Assembly (NCBI RefSeq): GCF_002571385.2
Contig: NW_019218275.1
Location: 26,586 to 90,585 of the forward strand
Direction of reading: 5' to 3'
DNA: 64,000 nt
Origin: Stylophora pistillata
Taxonomy: Eukaryota
The translations under genes were made by a program, and so were the position numbers. The notes under the pieces were generated by a model. That model was not told the origin of the DNA, searched no databases, and saw only the letters and a list, made by a program, of their open reading frames with translations. Shown here piece by piece: positions 1 to 11,782 of the stretch (positions within the stretch are counted from its first letter, which is position 1; the number at the start of each line of letters is the position of its first letter).

Positions 1-374
1 TTAAGTTAGTCTTCAGTACGTTTAAACTCAGAAACATGTTCAGTGTGAAAGATTCAGTACCGCTAGGTCTACGTTCGCGTGTCATATATAAATTTTCATG
101 TGCTGGCTGTAATGTCAGTTATATTGGTGAGACCACTCGCCACATTTGTACACGAGTTCGTGAGCACCTCTTGTCGGACAAAACTTCGCATATTTACAAG
201 CACCTGCAATCATCAAGGGCCTGTCTTGACTCTTGTGATACTGAATGTTTCACGATCTTAGATTCTGCCCCTTCAAAATACCAAATTAAGATCAAAGAGG
301 CATTGCATATTAAGTGGGAAAAACCTATCCTTAATCAGCAATTGAAACATCTAGAATTGTCTCTTTCCTTTTAA
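1..374 (+). mobile_element. Penelope-like retroelement, C-terminal GIY-YIG endonuclease domain (5'-truncated by window edge)
   Basis: ORF reads VIYKFSCAGCNVSYIGETTRHICTRVREH...IKEALHIKWEKPILNQQ: GIY-YIG motif (VIY..YIG) with intervening CxxC, plus the conserved R..EH, E and N residues typical of PLE endonucleases; stop at 372-374. Confidence 0.92.
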
Positions 375-580
375 TGATGTTGTTCCTTGGTCTTTTAATT
401 TATTTTTATTATTATTACATTTATTTATTTATTTTTTATTTATCTATTTATTTTTTGATCTAGTCAAGCGCGCGCTATTTACATCTTTCGCGTTTTTAAC
501 ATTCAAATGTAACGTAAGCACTGACACGTAGTTTGTAACGTACCCTAATTTAAATTCAAATGTACAACAGTTAAATGCTC

Positions 581-628
581 ATTTGCAACTGAAGATGACA
601 TGAGAATGTCGAAACATGTCTTGTAAAT
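581..628 (+). ncRNA. Minimal type I hammerhead ribozyme in the 3' (pseudo-LTR) region of the Penelope-like element
   Basis: Stem I ATTTGCAA(581-588)/TTGTAAAT(621-628); core CTGAAGA(589-595) plus extra T596; stem II GACAT/ATGTC closed by GAGA tetraloop; GAAA(611-614); palindromic stem III ACATGT(614-619); GUC cleavage triplet ending at 620. Confidence 0.85.
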
Positions 629-1557
629 TTAAACTCAAAGTTGTTGTTTCTTTAAGAGTTATTGTCTCCCTACTATCTATAAGTATATTACGTCATGAGG
701 TGTCCATCATTCCATCTCAGTCCCTCTCGACCGAGGTGGTTTTGGTGGATGGAATCTAATGCTGACCTTTTGAAAGCTTAGTTATCCCCCAACATGGCGG
801 CCGCGTATGACGTAGCGAATTTCTGTCATGTGGTTGAAAACAAAGAATTCTTTACAAATCCCTTGAATTTGGACATTTCTACCGTAAATTTCCCATCAGA
901 AACCGGAAGAATTTGATGAATAAAATTCGCATTAAATTCCCTTTTCTAGCTGGAAAGAGTCTCACTGACTTCTGCTTTTTAGTCGAAAAAAGACAGATTT
1001 ACACGCACCATTGCAGAAAACGAACAAGCAGACAACTCAAAAACATACATTTGCAATCACTTACAATTTGACTTTCCGTGACATTTTAAAAAGGAAGAGG
1101 CAAGTCTTCGAAGATTAATCGTCATTGGAAATAAACAAAACTTTCCGTAGGATCTCTGAGTGTTTCTTTTCCTTTTTTTTTTCTTTTTTTTTTTTTTACG
1201 AGAAGATCGTCACATTGTCATTTAACTCGTGTGTGTTTGTCACACCGGTTCTGTTGTTTATTCAAAAGCGTACGCTTTTTTTCTTCTTCAATCGACGGGT
1301 GTCACATGGTGACAGTTACTTGTCAAACAATGTTTCAAAGTGTGCTCGGAAGCCTTTTCAGTTACATTGACAAATGAAACATATTTCGGTGAAAGCTTTC
1401 TCTACAATTTGAATAACGTCTGTATTCTTTATCATCCACTCGCTAACAAATTGTTAAGTTTATGGAGGATTTTCCCGTAATTAAACTCGTAATTGTAGCC
1501 CTACATCATTTGGGTTCTTTTGGCAATCATTTTGTTATATGTTAGAAAAAAATAAAA

Positions 1558-1704
1558 ATGTTATTCACCTGCATAGGTCGGTATGTATTGGGAAAGACTG
1601 TGCCCGAGGTCTTGGATAACGCCCGAGGCCGTAGGCCTCGAGCGTTACTCAAGACAGAGGGCATAGTTTTTCCCAATACTGACCTCCCGGCTGGTGAATA
1701 ACAT
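1558..1704. mobile_element. Palindromic (foldback) MITE-like element
   Basis: Ends ATGTTATTCACC...GGTGAATAACAT; inner GTATTGGGAAA/TTTCCCAATAC; centre CGAGGCC-GTA-GGCCTCG; the whole ~147 bp folds as an imperfect hairpin. Confidence 0.75.
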
Positions 1705-2250
1705 ATATGTATGTGCTATGTATTTTTATCGGCTGATGAATTGATCGTGTTTAAATAAAGATTACATTATATTACATCCAGTGTATGGGGGTTTTATTAA
1801 GAAGCCTTAATGGATCAAAGCTTTCATTTGACGGCCGAAGTAGAGAATGATCAAATGATAGATATCCTCTGTAAATCAACGGAGATCCCGTAAAGTGGCA
1901 AATGGTAACCCATCCCACTTCCCTCACCGGTGCCATGAAAGTAAAGCCTGTCCAGATTTCTTAAGAAGCTTGCCGCGATTTTTAGTGTAAAAAAATAGGA
2001 TTTTTTTTCCATTGGGTAATACTTGGAGTTGGATTAAAACTAAAATATGTTTTAATGGTAAAATGTGAAGTAAATATCCTTGAGAGCTCTTTATTTCGTC
2101 GGTCAAAAAAGACCATATATCTATATAATAAAGTCTGTCTTTTGAGTAGTTAGAAGCTTCAATTTTTATGTTTATAGGGTTATGGTCGACAAAAACAAGC
2201 TTTGAAGAAACGGGTGTTTCGGTGTATTTATCGCTTGATATGTAACTGAG

Positions 2251-2518
2251 AATATAAATAAAATAAATAAATAAATAATTTAGCAATGAAAATTCCACTG
2301 GGTGGCTCTCCTTGTCCACTATTTCAGATCGAAAATGGAATCTAGAATTTAGGCTTTAGGCGGAGGGAGGAAAACCGGAGGATCCGGAGGAAAACCGGAG
2401 GAGCAAGGACAAGAACCAACAACAAACTCAACCCACATGTAACGCCAGGTCCGGGAATCAAACCCGGGCCACAGTGGTGGGAGGCGGTTGCTATCACCAC
2501 TGCACCATCCCCGCTTCC
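2251..2518 (-). mobile_element. tRNA-derived SINE
   Basis: Minus strand begins GGAAGCGGGGATGGTGCAGTGG (A box), has GGTTTGATTCC (B box), body GTGGGTTGAGTTTGTTGTTGGTTCT...CCGGTTTTCCTCC, and ends in a (TTTA)n tail. Confidence 0.8.
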
Positions 2519-3343
2519 TGAATATGTAATGAATCTAAACCCTACTTCTAAATATCAGTTCTTTAAAAGCTCTATTTGAATTAGTGAGAGTAGCTGGAGT
2601 AATTATTTAAAGGCAGTCATGCCAAATGCATTTAATATTCATCAGTGATGAAGTGCTTTTATCATAATGAAAACTCGATTCTAGTAGAATTCATTTAGGG
2701 TTTAATCGCATCAGTCATATTAATACGCCTGAATTTTTTTCTTTTTTTAGATAGGTTGAACAATTTGAAATTCCTCTCGTAACACGCAAAACTCCCCGAA
2801 ATCATACTATTTTTAAAAAATCAAAGGGAAATATGAAATTAGGAGAGGAGATGAGACTATTTAAGATTGAAGAGTATCGACACAGACTGTAAGGGACTAA
2901 CTTGGCTAAAGTTACAAGGAGCGCAAACCGAGATGAAGCTCTCTTTGCGTGATAAAATTGAATCATATTACGTTTCTTTCAGCCAACCAACGTAGAGGAT
3001 TTGACACATTTTCATCACCCCCTTTCATTGAAAGACCAGTGGACTATTTACAGAGCGCTGCCGAGGAGTTGAACTAGGAGCAACCGAGAACAAATCCAGT
3101 GAGTGGCAGGGTAGAGGACACCGGAATAGTGAATAATGAATAGTGCCGCGTCAAGCAACAATGTGGCCTTTTATTATCCAAGCTGATCTTTTACGTGAAT
3201 TGTTATGGCGCATTTCAAACACCCGTTTTCATGGCTGATGATTTTGCAAACGACGAAGCCTTAATCGAGAAATTTAATCGAGAATTAAGGCGCTTTACAG
3301 ACACAACAACTCTTGAAACTCGATCAACAAGGTGAGTAACGAG

Positions 3344-5090
3344 AATACAATACAATACTTTATTATTAATTCTCCCCATGGGGTTTTTCAGAATTAATTT
3401 ACAATGTGTATATATAATGTAAATAAAACCAATGGTATAAATACAACAACTTACATGTACTTGATATAGAAATAACCTAAAATTAGTACTAAAAGTAACA
3501 ATCATAACAACTAACACTATGAAATATTCTATAGTTATATATTAAGATACCAGTACCCTATTTCTTCGCTAATTCTGCCTTTGCATGCTTTTTAAATGAT
3601 CTTAGTGATTGAGCAGTTCTAGTTTTGTTACTGAGGCTATTCCACGCTTTTGCTGCTCTATAAAAGAAACCACGCTGGGCAGCCGCTGTTCGGCAGTTTG
3701 GCAAGTTTAGATCTTCACTATTGCGGAGATTGTAAGCGTGCAAAGTTGATCGCTTCCCTATTTTACAGCTAATATATGCCAGCACTAAATTGTTAACACA
3801 TTTGTACATCATTGTCACGTCACGCAGTTGGAGTTGCTCCTCTATAGTTAGCCAGCCAAAAGCTTTCAAGGCCAGTGTAATCTGATCGTATTTCCTTGTG
3901 TAGGTTAGTATACGGGCGGCAAAATTCTGCATAAGTTGTAGTTTATGGATATTCTGTTTGTAAGTACCAGACCATACAGTAGAACAATAGAATAGCTGAC
4001 TAAACACGATAGAGTTAATCATTATATAAAGAACTTCTTTGGAGAACAGGTGGCGAACCCTACTTATTTTACACAAACTAGATAGCAAAGATGACGATAA
4101 TGATGAGATGTGATTAGTGAATGTTAAGCCAGAGTCCAGGGAAACACCCAGGTCTTAAGCGGAAGAGACAGAGTATAGTTGCTGTCCAAGAAAGGGTACA
4201 GTGACGTCAGGTAGCTTTAATACAAGCTGCCGCGTTCTTAAGAGCACAAGTTTAGTTTTATCCGGGTTTATATGCAGGTAATTTGCGCAACACCAGCCAG
4301 CAATACTTTCAAGATCCTCAGCGAATTGTTTTAGATAAGAGTGGATATCTTTAGACGCACACGATAAGTAGATCTTAGTGTCGTCCACATAGGATTCGAT
4401 GTTACTGAACTTAGTTACCGTTGGAAGGTCATTCACATAGAGTGTAAACAGCATCCGGCCTAAGATGGACCCTTAAGGTACCCCATGAGTTATCGTGAGG
4501 GGATCCGACAATGATGTTTCAATTCGAGTACACTGCCGTCTATCTGACAGGTAGCTCTTGAACCAGTGGAGTGCATTCCCTGAGGTGCCGAGCAGTTGGA
4601 GTTTGCTGAGCAGGGTAGAATGAGAGAGACTATCGAAAGCTTTACTCAAGTCTATTAGAACCGTTGCAGTTATTTGCTTGCTATCCATCGCTCTGAGGAT
4701 GTCGTCCGTCACTAATAAGCTCAGCGTTTCCGTTTCAACTTTGATGTGTGGTCAATCGATTATGCAATGCCAAGTAATCATTGAGCTGACGCATGGCAAC
4801 TCTCTCCGCTACCTTAGAGAGGACTGGCAGTAGCGAGATGGGACGGTTGTTACTCGCCACCTCATGATCACCCTCTTTTGGGTGTGGGACTACTTCACCC
4901 TTTTTCCACGCTAACGGAAATACGGAACTTGAGAAAGAGTAGTTTATTAGGTCAGTCAGCGTTGGAAGAATGTGTTCGAGGCAGTCCTTAACCACCGAAA
5001 TGGGAACTTTATCGAAGCCCGGTGCCTTATTGGTAGGCATGTCTAAGACGACTTTTCGCACATCGTCAGGCGTGACTGACTGGAGGAAAC
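3344..5090 (-). mobile_element. 5'-truncated, frameshifted CR1/L2-clade non-LTR retrotransposon (RT domain and 3' UTR)
   Basis: Consecutive broken ORFs give KAPGFD, NRPISLLPVLSKVAE, LIDLSKAFDSL, GVP, LFTLYVNDL, YVDDT, INPDKTK, LFYCSTVW, LQLMQNFAARI, FFYRAAKAWNSL; 3' end AATAAAG(TATTG)n at about 3344-3365. Confidence 0.93.
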
Positions 5091-8000
5091 TGACTGAAAC
5101 ACAGAAGTGAAAGACCAGAGAAGCAGATGGCGAAAGCGTCAACCACGCAGCGATAAGGCGGAGCTTGCAGTTTGTTGCCTTCAAAAAGGTCGCAAATTGA
5201 AAAGCGCACAAGGAACCCAAGGAAATAAAAAACAAATATTTCCAGCCAAATTCGTAGATAAAGCAGAAAGACTTCATCATGGCGCTAGTGTGCAAGATTC
5301 CCACAGGACAAAGTTCTGATGACCTAAGAGCGACAAGTCGTTGTCGTTATGCCCATCCATGGTGGTGGAGAGACACTCTTCAATATATTTGTACCAAGTG
5401 CACACGGTATAACGAGCAAGCTTGCAAAGATCGAAGAAACCATGAAATGTATGTTTGGAACTAAGGCCCCTACTACACGGAGTACAGGACAATCTGGAAA
5501 GACACACAATAATGAAAATACCTTTCTACTAAACACTCTGTTCAAGACAGACCACGAAATATCGAGATATCTCCATCAGTGCAGCTAGAAGAAATCTGGC
5601 TCGTGGATCTCGCTGAACTGGAGGAAGTGTCAATTACGCCTTGGTGCGAGGGAACTCGGGCTTACAAGAACCCCCAGAGTTACGATTGCACTCTCATCTT
5701 ATTAGAGTCGTCTATTATGTACAGAAGTTAAGGACATTAAATTTGACTCTTGATTCGCGTATATAATTGCTTAAATTCGTAAGAATCGACAATTCTAATC
5801 AAATCAAAAAATCTCGTGTTCAACTTGCCAAAGCTTTTATCGTTAGTAGTATATCAGGACCAGATTATTGCCTTATCTAAATTGCCGGCTGTGCTGGAAT
5901 TCTTACCCCAATCATTTATTGGGAAATACTATGATTCTCCGACATTTTACGCTGTTCAAGTAGAGAATGTTTAACTTACAATCTGATATTGACTCATCTT
6001 TCCTGTTCAGTGGTTAATTTTGACATATTTGAGCTGAGTATGCGCAGCATAGCACCTTAGGCAAGACAACATGGTAACCTATATAGTTGAGAAAATCTTG
6101 TTGTGACCTACGTGCGTACTTCGCCCTCTGCGTTTGCACTGATTCAGAACTGGGAAACAGTTTGCATCCGCATACATACGCAAGCCGAGGAAAGAGTTGC
6201 CTTAAGCAAGCTCCGGGTCAATAGAGTCAAGCGATAAGAGGTTTGCTGTAGCGATGAGAATCGTAGATAGTACTGTGAGTGACTTCAACTGAATGACAGA
6301 CACAAGGAGGTCAGTACATTAGGACGCTTAAAAAAACACATAAAGACGCTTTAACGGGCAATGGATACCCTGATTGAACCATACACAACCTGAAATCAAG
6401 GCTGGAAAGCAGATGACTAGACGAAACTGTCCGATTCACACGAGAAGGAGGTCGCCACTTCAACAAAAAATGAACCAAGGATGAGTATAACGTAGTTATT
6501 CACTCCTTGCATTAGGGACACTCAGAGAAATTCAAAATTACCAACATGTGGAAGCAAATACCTCATTCAGTCAAAGGATGATTTAAAGGAGGATAGTTTC
6601 GCACGGTCCGTCTACAACATCATTTAAGTTGACTGACGCAGGTTACGCGGACGAAATAGAGAGAGCGATGAGAAGCAGATCGATGAAATATAAGAGGGAG
6701 AGTTCTCTTAATTGGGAGGTTTCTAAAGGCATCCATAAGATAAAAAAAAAAATCACTCAGTTATCCTGAGTGAACCAAAGATGTTGTTGAATGTCTAAAA
6801 GAGGCGTTTAAGAGGCCATTCTACAATACCACCGCCTGTGAAGAATAGTCTCAATGGTCAGCTGTTTTCGACTTAGGACTGGACAAAATCCAGCGGAAAA
6901 AACTTGGTCGAGAACGTTGAAGAACAAGGTCACTTTGACGTTGACGGCTACGTGAACGAGTCCAAAAATGTTCTTCCTGAGAGATGATATGCTTGTAGAG
7001 CGACTTGCTTCCGTCAAACATTTGAAAGGAAGAGTGCAACACACGATACCCGTTACACCTAAGTTGACTAGCCATAAATTATCATAGCAACAAACGGAAG
7101 GCAGTGAGTGAAACATCATATCCCTTACTATGACAAATGCTTTTTCAAATATTGCTCATGTTCAGACAAAAGAGTCAGTTTCAAGATTAATTTTCACAAC
7201 TGCATCAAATGATTTGGACACTGATAAGGAGAACGTTCACTTTGTACCATTAAACTTGCATTTAAACCCCAAAACATCTCAGTGCCTTCAACATTTTTTT
7301 TCTCCACAAGGAGACCGATGTTAATTTTCTAATCTTTCGATCATCTTTTGTAGTTCTCCCTTGCTGTCAAACCACAAAGAAAAAAGAAAGGAAACATAAT
7401 GCAGACGAAAAAATGTCGAGAAAAGAAAGGCATTTGTTTTTTGATAATTTTTTCGGAAAACGACTTTCAAATTTACATAAATCACAAGAGGTATTATGAT
7501 AGCGTTATTTTCAAAGTGTTCACACCTTATAAGATAAACATCTTTTCATTTACAGCCAGTTGCAATTATAATTCTTTGTTACTTTAGCAGTGCAAATGTT
7601 CCCTCTGTCAATAGCAAGTTGCTATGTACGCGTAACCTTAGAAACACGACTCTTTCTTTCCTTTACAATGAGTTACGTTACAATCAACTGCCAATAAGTT
7701 GAAGAAAAAACCGTCTACTCTTCAGATTTGGCTTTCAAAGGTGGTATTGGCGGACCTCGAGCAAAATCAACTTAACATAGGAAAGACATTGAGCTGATTT
7801 TTTATTTTCATTTCTTGTCACAAGTAAACAATTAATCCTCCGACCATCATTTAAAATTGATCGCAAATTTCCATAAGGCAGTTGTTTTGAAAGCTACGGC
7901 CGTGTCAGCCATGTTGGATACATACGCTATTTGCAACAAGGGGTTTAAAATTCTATTTGAACGATTAGTATGATCAAAATTTATTAAAAACGACTTCTTC

Positions 8001-8882
8001 TACTCGCGAATCAAGAACAGAAAAAAAGGGCAAAACTTAAAAAGGTAAGTTTGTCTGAAAAATTTCTCATAATGTAGGGTTGAATTTCATCTTCACCGAA
8101 TCAGTACAACATTTCAGCTGTCCTTCGAAACGTACACTTATAAAATAAAAAAAATTCAACATTTCAGGACATAATTCAAAATCGCTTTTACAGAATTTAG
8201 TCGGGATGGCTCTCTAATTCAGCCGCGACAGGGGCGAACCTTGAACACTTTTGTGTATCAAATAAGCAGCATTACTGAACGAAGAAGCGAAAATCCAAGA
8301 AATTTACTTTGGGTGAAATTAAAAATTGCACGATGTTTACAAGTCAAGAAGGACATCGAATCGAATTTGCGTGAAAATAATTGAGTCGTATGCTTTCTTG
8401 AGTTCTTAAGTCTTTCTTTCTTGATTTATGATCTGATATAAAGTTTCGCTGTCTTATTTTCATAAAAAAAATTGGGCAGCATACTTGAATATTGATGCTC
8501 TGCCTCCGAAAAGGGTGGCCTATCAGTTTGACGTTTACTGAGAATTGATGTTCGAACCGCTTCGTCAATTGATGCACTTAGCAGAACGAAGGTCATTTCG
8601 ATTAGCGTATCGCCAAGGAACATTACACCTCCATCAGGAATTCAAAACTTTTACATGGCCGTATGGTAATTCACTTGTTTTTGTATACAGATTTTATTTG
8701 ATTGACGCAAGGAAATCTCAAAACACCAGTTGACAAGGGAGAACAAAAGCTCAGCGCCTCTCAGTCGCAAAAGGTAAGATTGTGTGGTCACATTCTGCTA
8801 ATTATAGACAAGTAAGCTTTTATAATCGCAAAAAGAACCGCTTAGGTTGCCGCTTATACGGACGTGTAACCATAGTTGCTCC

Positions 8883-9162
8883 AGTGAAAAATAATATATT
8901 TCATCGTTTAGCAAGTAAACACCTTTTTCTACTCGTTATTGCTGTCAGGATTTTTCTAATATAAATCTAAAAAAACACCGAAAGCATAGGCACCTGATGA
9001 CGGAATGTTTGACTCCATAGTGGGTCTAGTGGAAAATAATATCCATTTCATCGTTTAGCAAGTCAACAAATTCACATTTATCTACTCGTTATTGCTATCG
9101 GGGTTTTTCCATTTATAAATCTAAAAAAACACACTGAAAGCATAGGCACTTGATGACAGAAT
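8883..9162. repeat. Local tandem duplication (~125-135 bp x2)
   Basis: 8883-9006 and 9028-9162 share ATTTCATCGTTTAGCAAGT, CTACTCGTTATTGCT, TATAAATCTAAAAAAACAC and GAAAGCATAGGCAC.TGATGAC.GAAT. Confidence 0.85.
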
Positions 9163-9793
9163 CTAGCTCATGTTTGATTAGTTGTTTCTGGAACCATCTG
9201 CTGTTTGCACCCCTCTCGCTTTCTCAAAAGTATTGGAAATTTGCGACATCAGCAAAGTTAGACACGCAAAACCTTACATAGGGTAAGCCCTTATTTGAAA
9301 ATGTCCTATGCTCCTAGAGGTAAATAAAAATCACTGCCAGATTAAAATGTTTCACGAAATTGAGACGAAAGTAGGGTTACATTTTCAAACTCTTTCGCTT
9401 TGTTTTGTTCTGGTTGAACTTTACTTGGAGATCAAGGAACGTAAAAATATTGACCTTACGGCAGCCGCATAGTAGTTGTCAATCACGTTGACAAAGCTGG
9501 ATTAATCTCAACAACATTATGACATGTTCTGTCATCAAAAAAAGTATAAACGCTGAAAAATGCAAATTACACGCAAGAAAACACAGCAAATTTGCTCAGA
9601 TAAAATCCCTAAATATTTATCAGCTTATTTAATAAACTTAACTGCCCTCTGAACCAAATAAATAATATTCAGATACCATGGAATAGTGTAGGCCGGTTAT
9701 ATCTTCTTGTACCATTGTACTCACTGCTCATAGTTCACTGTAGGCTTAAGGACGTACCCTTTGCCCGATGAGCTTTCTCCAATTGTTTTTCCT

Positions 9794-9993
9794 TTAAACC
9801 TTTGCGTGACTAGCATTTACTTTCTTCTAACCAATTACTAAAGAGATGAGAATAAGGTAGTGTGAATAAAGGAGATGATCACCAACTATAAAAGCTCTTG
9901 TAAAACAAATTCTCTTTGTCAGCATCTCAGGAAATGTATCGAGAACAGTAAAGAGAATATGTGTAGTGATGCTGTAAGGCTGTAAAGGGTTAA
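9794..9993. mobile_element. ~200 bp TTAA-bounded MITE (copy 1 of family also at 55764 and 57131)
   Basis: Ends TTAAACCTTT...AAAGGGTTAA; internal GATCACCAACT..AAGCTCTTG..AAACAAATTCTC..GGAAATGTAT.GAGAACAGT shared with the other copies. Confidence 0.7.
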
Positions 9994-10030
9994 AAACTGT
10001 TGTTGAAACTATTCTTGATAGGCACCCAGA

Positions 10031-11782
10031 ATGGCGGCAACAGCGTGGTCGTTGAGTCCAACAGTGACCGTCAAAGTCTATAAGAATGGTAACCCCAACT
10101 TTCTTGGGAAGACACTTGTTATCAACAGACGCCACATACGCAATATGGAGGCTCTGTATGACGAGGTAACGATGCACATTTCGGCATTTAACGCCGTGCG
10201 AAAAATATGTACACCGATCGGCGGGCGTCCGGTTCAGAGCTTGGAGAATATTAAAAACAAGAGCGTTTACGTGGCTGCTGGGAGGGAGTGTTTTAAAAAA
10301 CTGAACTATGCAGATCTGGGCATAAGAAAGCCTCGCCCTCCGCGAAAGGCGAACAATTCGCCCAAGAAAGCAATCATCGTGGCTGAGGGGAGACACAAGA
10401 TGGATTATGAGTGGGCGAAAAGAGACCTAAAGATCATCCACGTGTTTTGTAATGGGGACGTGTTCAAACCGAGCGTCAAGATTGTTCTTCAAAAACGCCT
10501 TCAGCAAAGCATGGAACAAATTTTAGGAATTGTGCAAGAACACGTTTTCCTAGCGGCTGCAATTGTATTGTACACAATAGATGGTAAGCTGATTTTTACT
10601 CCTTCCCAGTTGATCAGTGGACAAAATTACGTGGCTGTTGAACGAGGGAGGATGTTTAAACGAGTGAATTACGGTGCTGCTTCCTCTTTACTCGCTAAAA
10701 GTCCGCGTGGGCCTTTCTTGCCTATGATCGGCAACGGACAACTAACCAACCCAATAGGACGATCGTATAAAAAGATTTCAAAACGAAAACCGCAGGTCAC
10801 AAAAACCAACGCGCAAAGCAAATCAATTGAACACTCAAGAGGCAATCAGTCAAGTGTCACCACTATGATCGTGGAGTCACCGCGTGACGTCATCTCAAAC
10901 GTGTCCCCAGATCTCCCAGTGGCCACTTCATTACTACGTGCATCACAAGACATCCAAGATAGTTTCACCATCTCTGCTTCACCACCTGCACAACTCGAAG
11001 GCGATACTCCCGTTCAAGAGTACACTGCTCGGGTGATAAAACAAACTGACAACGATGATAGTTTAGTAGCTGACAGCGTGTTCAAAGCGAGTGGTTTGCA
11101 GCAAGAAAAAGCAGCTGAAATAAGGGATAGCCATCAAACGAAGGAAGAAAAGCCATTAGACCTACTTCCGGCGGAAGAGGTCCTAGAGGAAGTGCTCCAG
11201 GAGGTAAAAGACACAAAGACTTCCATCGAGAATTCTCACGTTTCAAACAAGGATGAGGCCCACGTCAAAGAAATTGAAGATGATGTTGAAGTTATAGAGG
11301 ATGATTCCAATTTGAGTCAAGTAGCGGACAAAACACCTCAGTTTCAGGCGCAAGCTTGGCAGTATGAAGAGTCGCAATTAAGCATCAAAAACTCCGATGA
11401 AGAGATAAAAAATTCTCGTCTCCCAGCAAAAGAGGATCGCGAGAATCCTTCACCCTCGGCTAAAGATCGAGATGAAACGTCTTCTGTTGACGACATTCCA
11501 ATACAAAGAGACATGAAAGAAGGTAAAATACGGTCGGATTCATCGCCTAAGCAAAAACCTGCGAACTTCACGGACGAAGAAGAGGAACAAAATTCATCTC
11601 CAGCCTCGGAAACGGACAAATCTGAAAATGAAGATTCTGATAAAAGTGTGGAGGAAAATGAAGATGATGATGAAAAGGAAAACCAAATGGCCAACAACGA
11701 ATTAGAATCAAGTAATCCTCGGAAATTTTCAAAACCAGACAAGACTTTGAATGGCATTGATAAAACCAACTATATTTCTTAG
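10031..11782 (+). CDS. DCDC2: Doublecortin domain-containing protein 2-like (two DCX domains, acidic disordered C-terminus); CDS in a single exon
   Basis: 583-aa ORF. DCX1 VKVYKNGNPNFLG...AVRKICTPIGG...YVAAGRECFKKLNYADLG; DCX2 IHVFCNGDVF...LYTIDGK...GQNYVAVERG..FKRVNY; DCDC2-type C-terminal motif VFKASG...AAEIRDS..TKEEKPLDLLPAEEVLEE. A splice acceptor (ttcttgatag) just upstream of the ATG implies 5'UTR exon(s). Confidence 0.88.
   Translation: MAATAWSLSPTVTVKVYKNGNPNFLGKTLVINRRHIRNMEALYDEVTMHISAFNAVRKICTPIGGRPVQSLENIKNKSVYVAAGRECFKKLNYADLGIRKPRPPRKANNSPKKAIIVAEGRHKMDYEWAKRDLKIIHVFCNGDVFKPSVKIVLQKRLQQSMEQILGIVQEHVFLAAAIVLYTIDGKLIFTPSQLISGQNYVAVERGRMFKRVNYGAASSLLAKSPRGPFLPMIGNGQLTNPIGRSYKKISKRKPQVTKTNAQSKSIEHSRGNQSSVTTMIVESPRDVISNVSPDLPVATSLLRASQDIQDSFTISASPPAQLEGDTPVQEYTARVIKQTDNDDSLVADSVFKASGLQQEKAAEIRDSHQTKEEKPLDLLPAEEVLEEVLQEVKDTKTSIENSHVSNKDEAHVKEIEDDVEVIEDDSNLSQVADKTPQFQAQAWQYEESQLSIKNSDEEIKNSRLPAKEDRENPSPSAKDRDETSSVDDIPIQRDMKEGKIRSDSSPKQKPANFTDEEEEQNSSPASETDKSENEDSDKSVEENEDDDEKENQMANNELESSNPRKFSKPDKTLNGIDKTNYIS

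Noticed and set aside
3030-3120. Fragment of another SINE-like repeat
   Set aside because: Short and degenerate, with no intact A/B boxes or second copy in the window to support it.
7605-8880. RFX X-box motifs upstream of DCDC2 (GTTGCTATG at ~7618, GTAACCATAGTTGC at ~8866)
   Set aside because: Only half-site matches; not distinguishable from chance without conservation data.
9827-11769. Minus-strand ORFs 9827-10396 and 11344-11769
   Set aside because: Antisense shadows of the DCDC2 CDS with no recognisable motifs.
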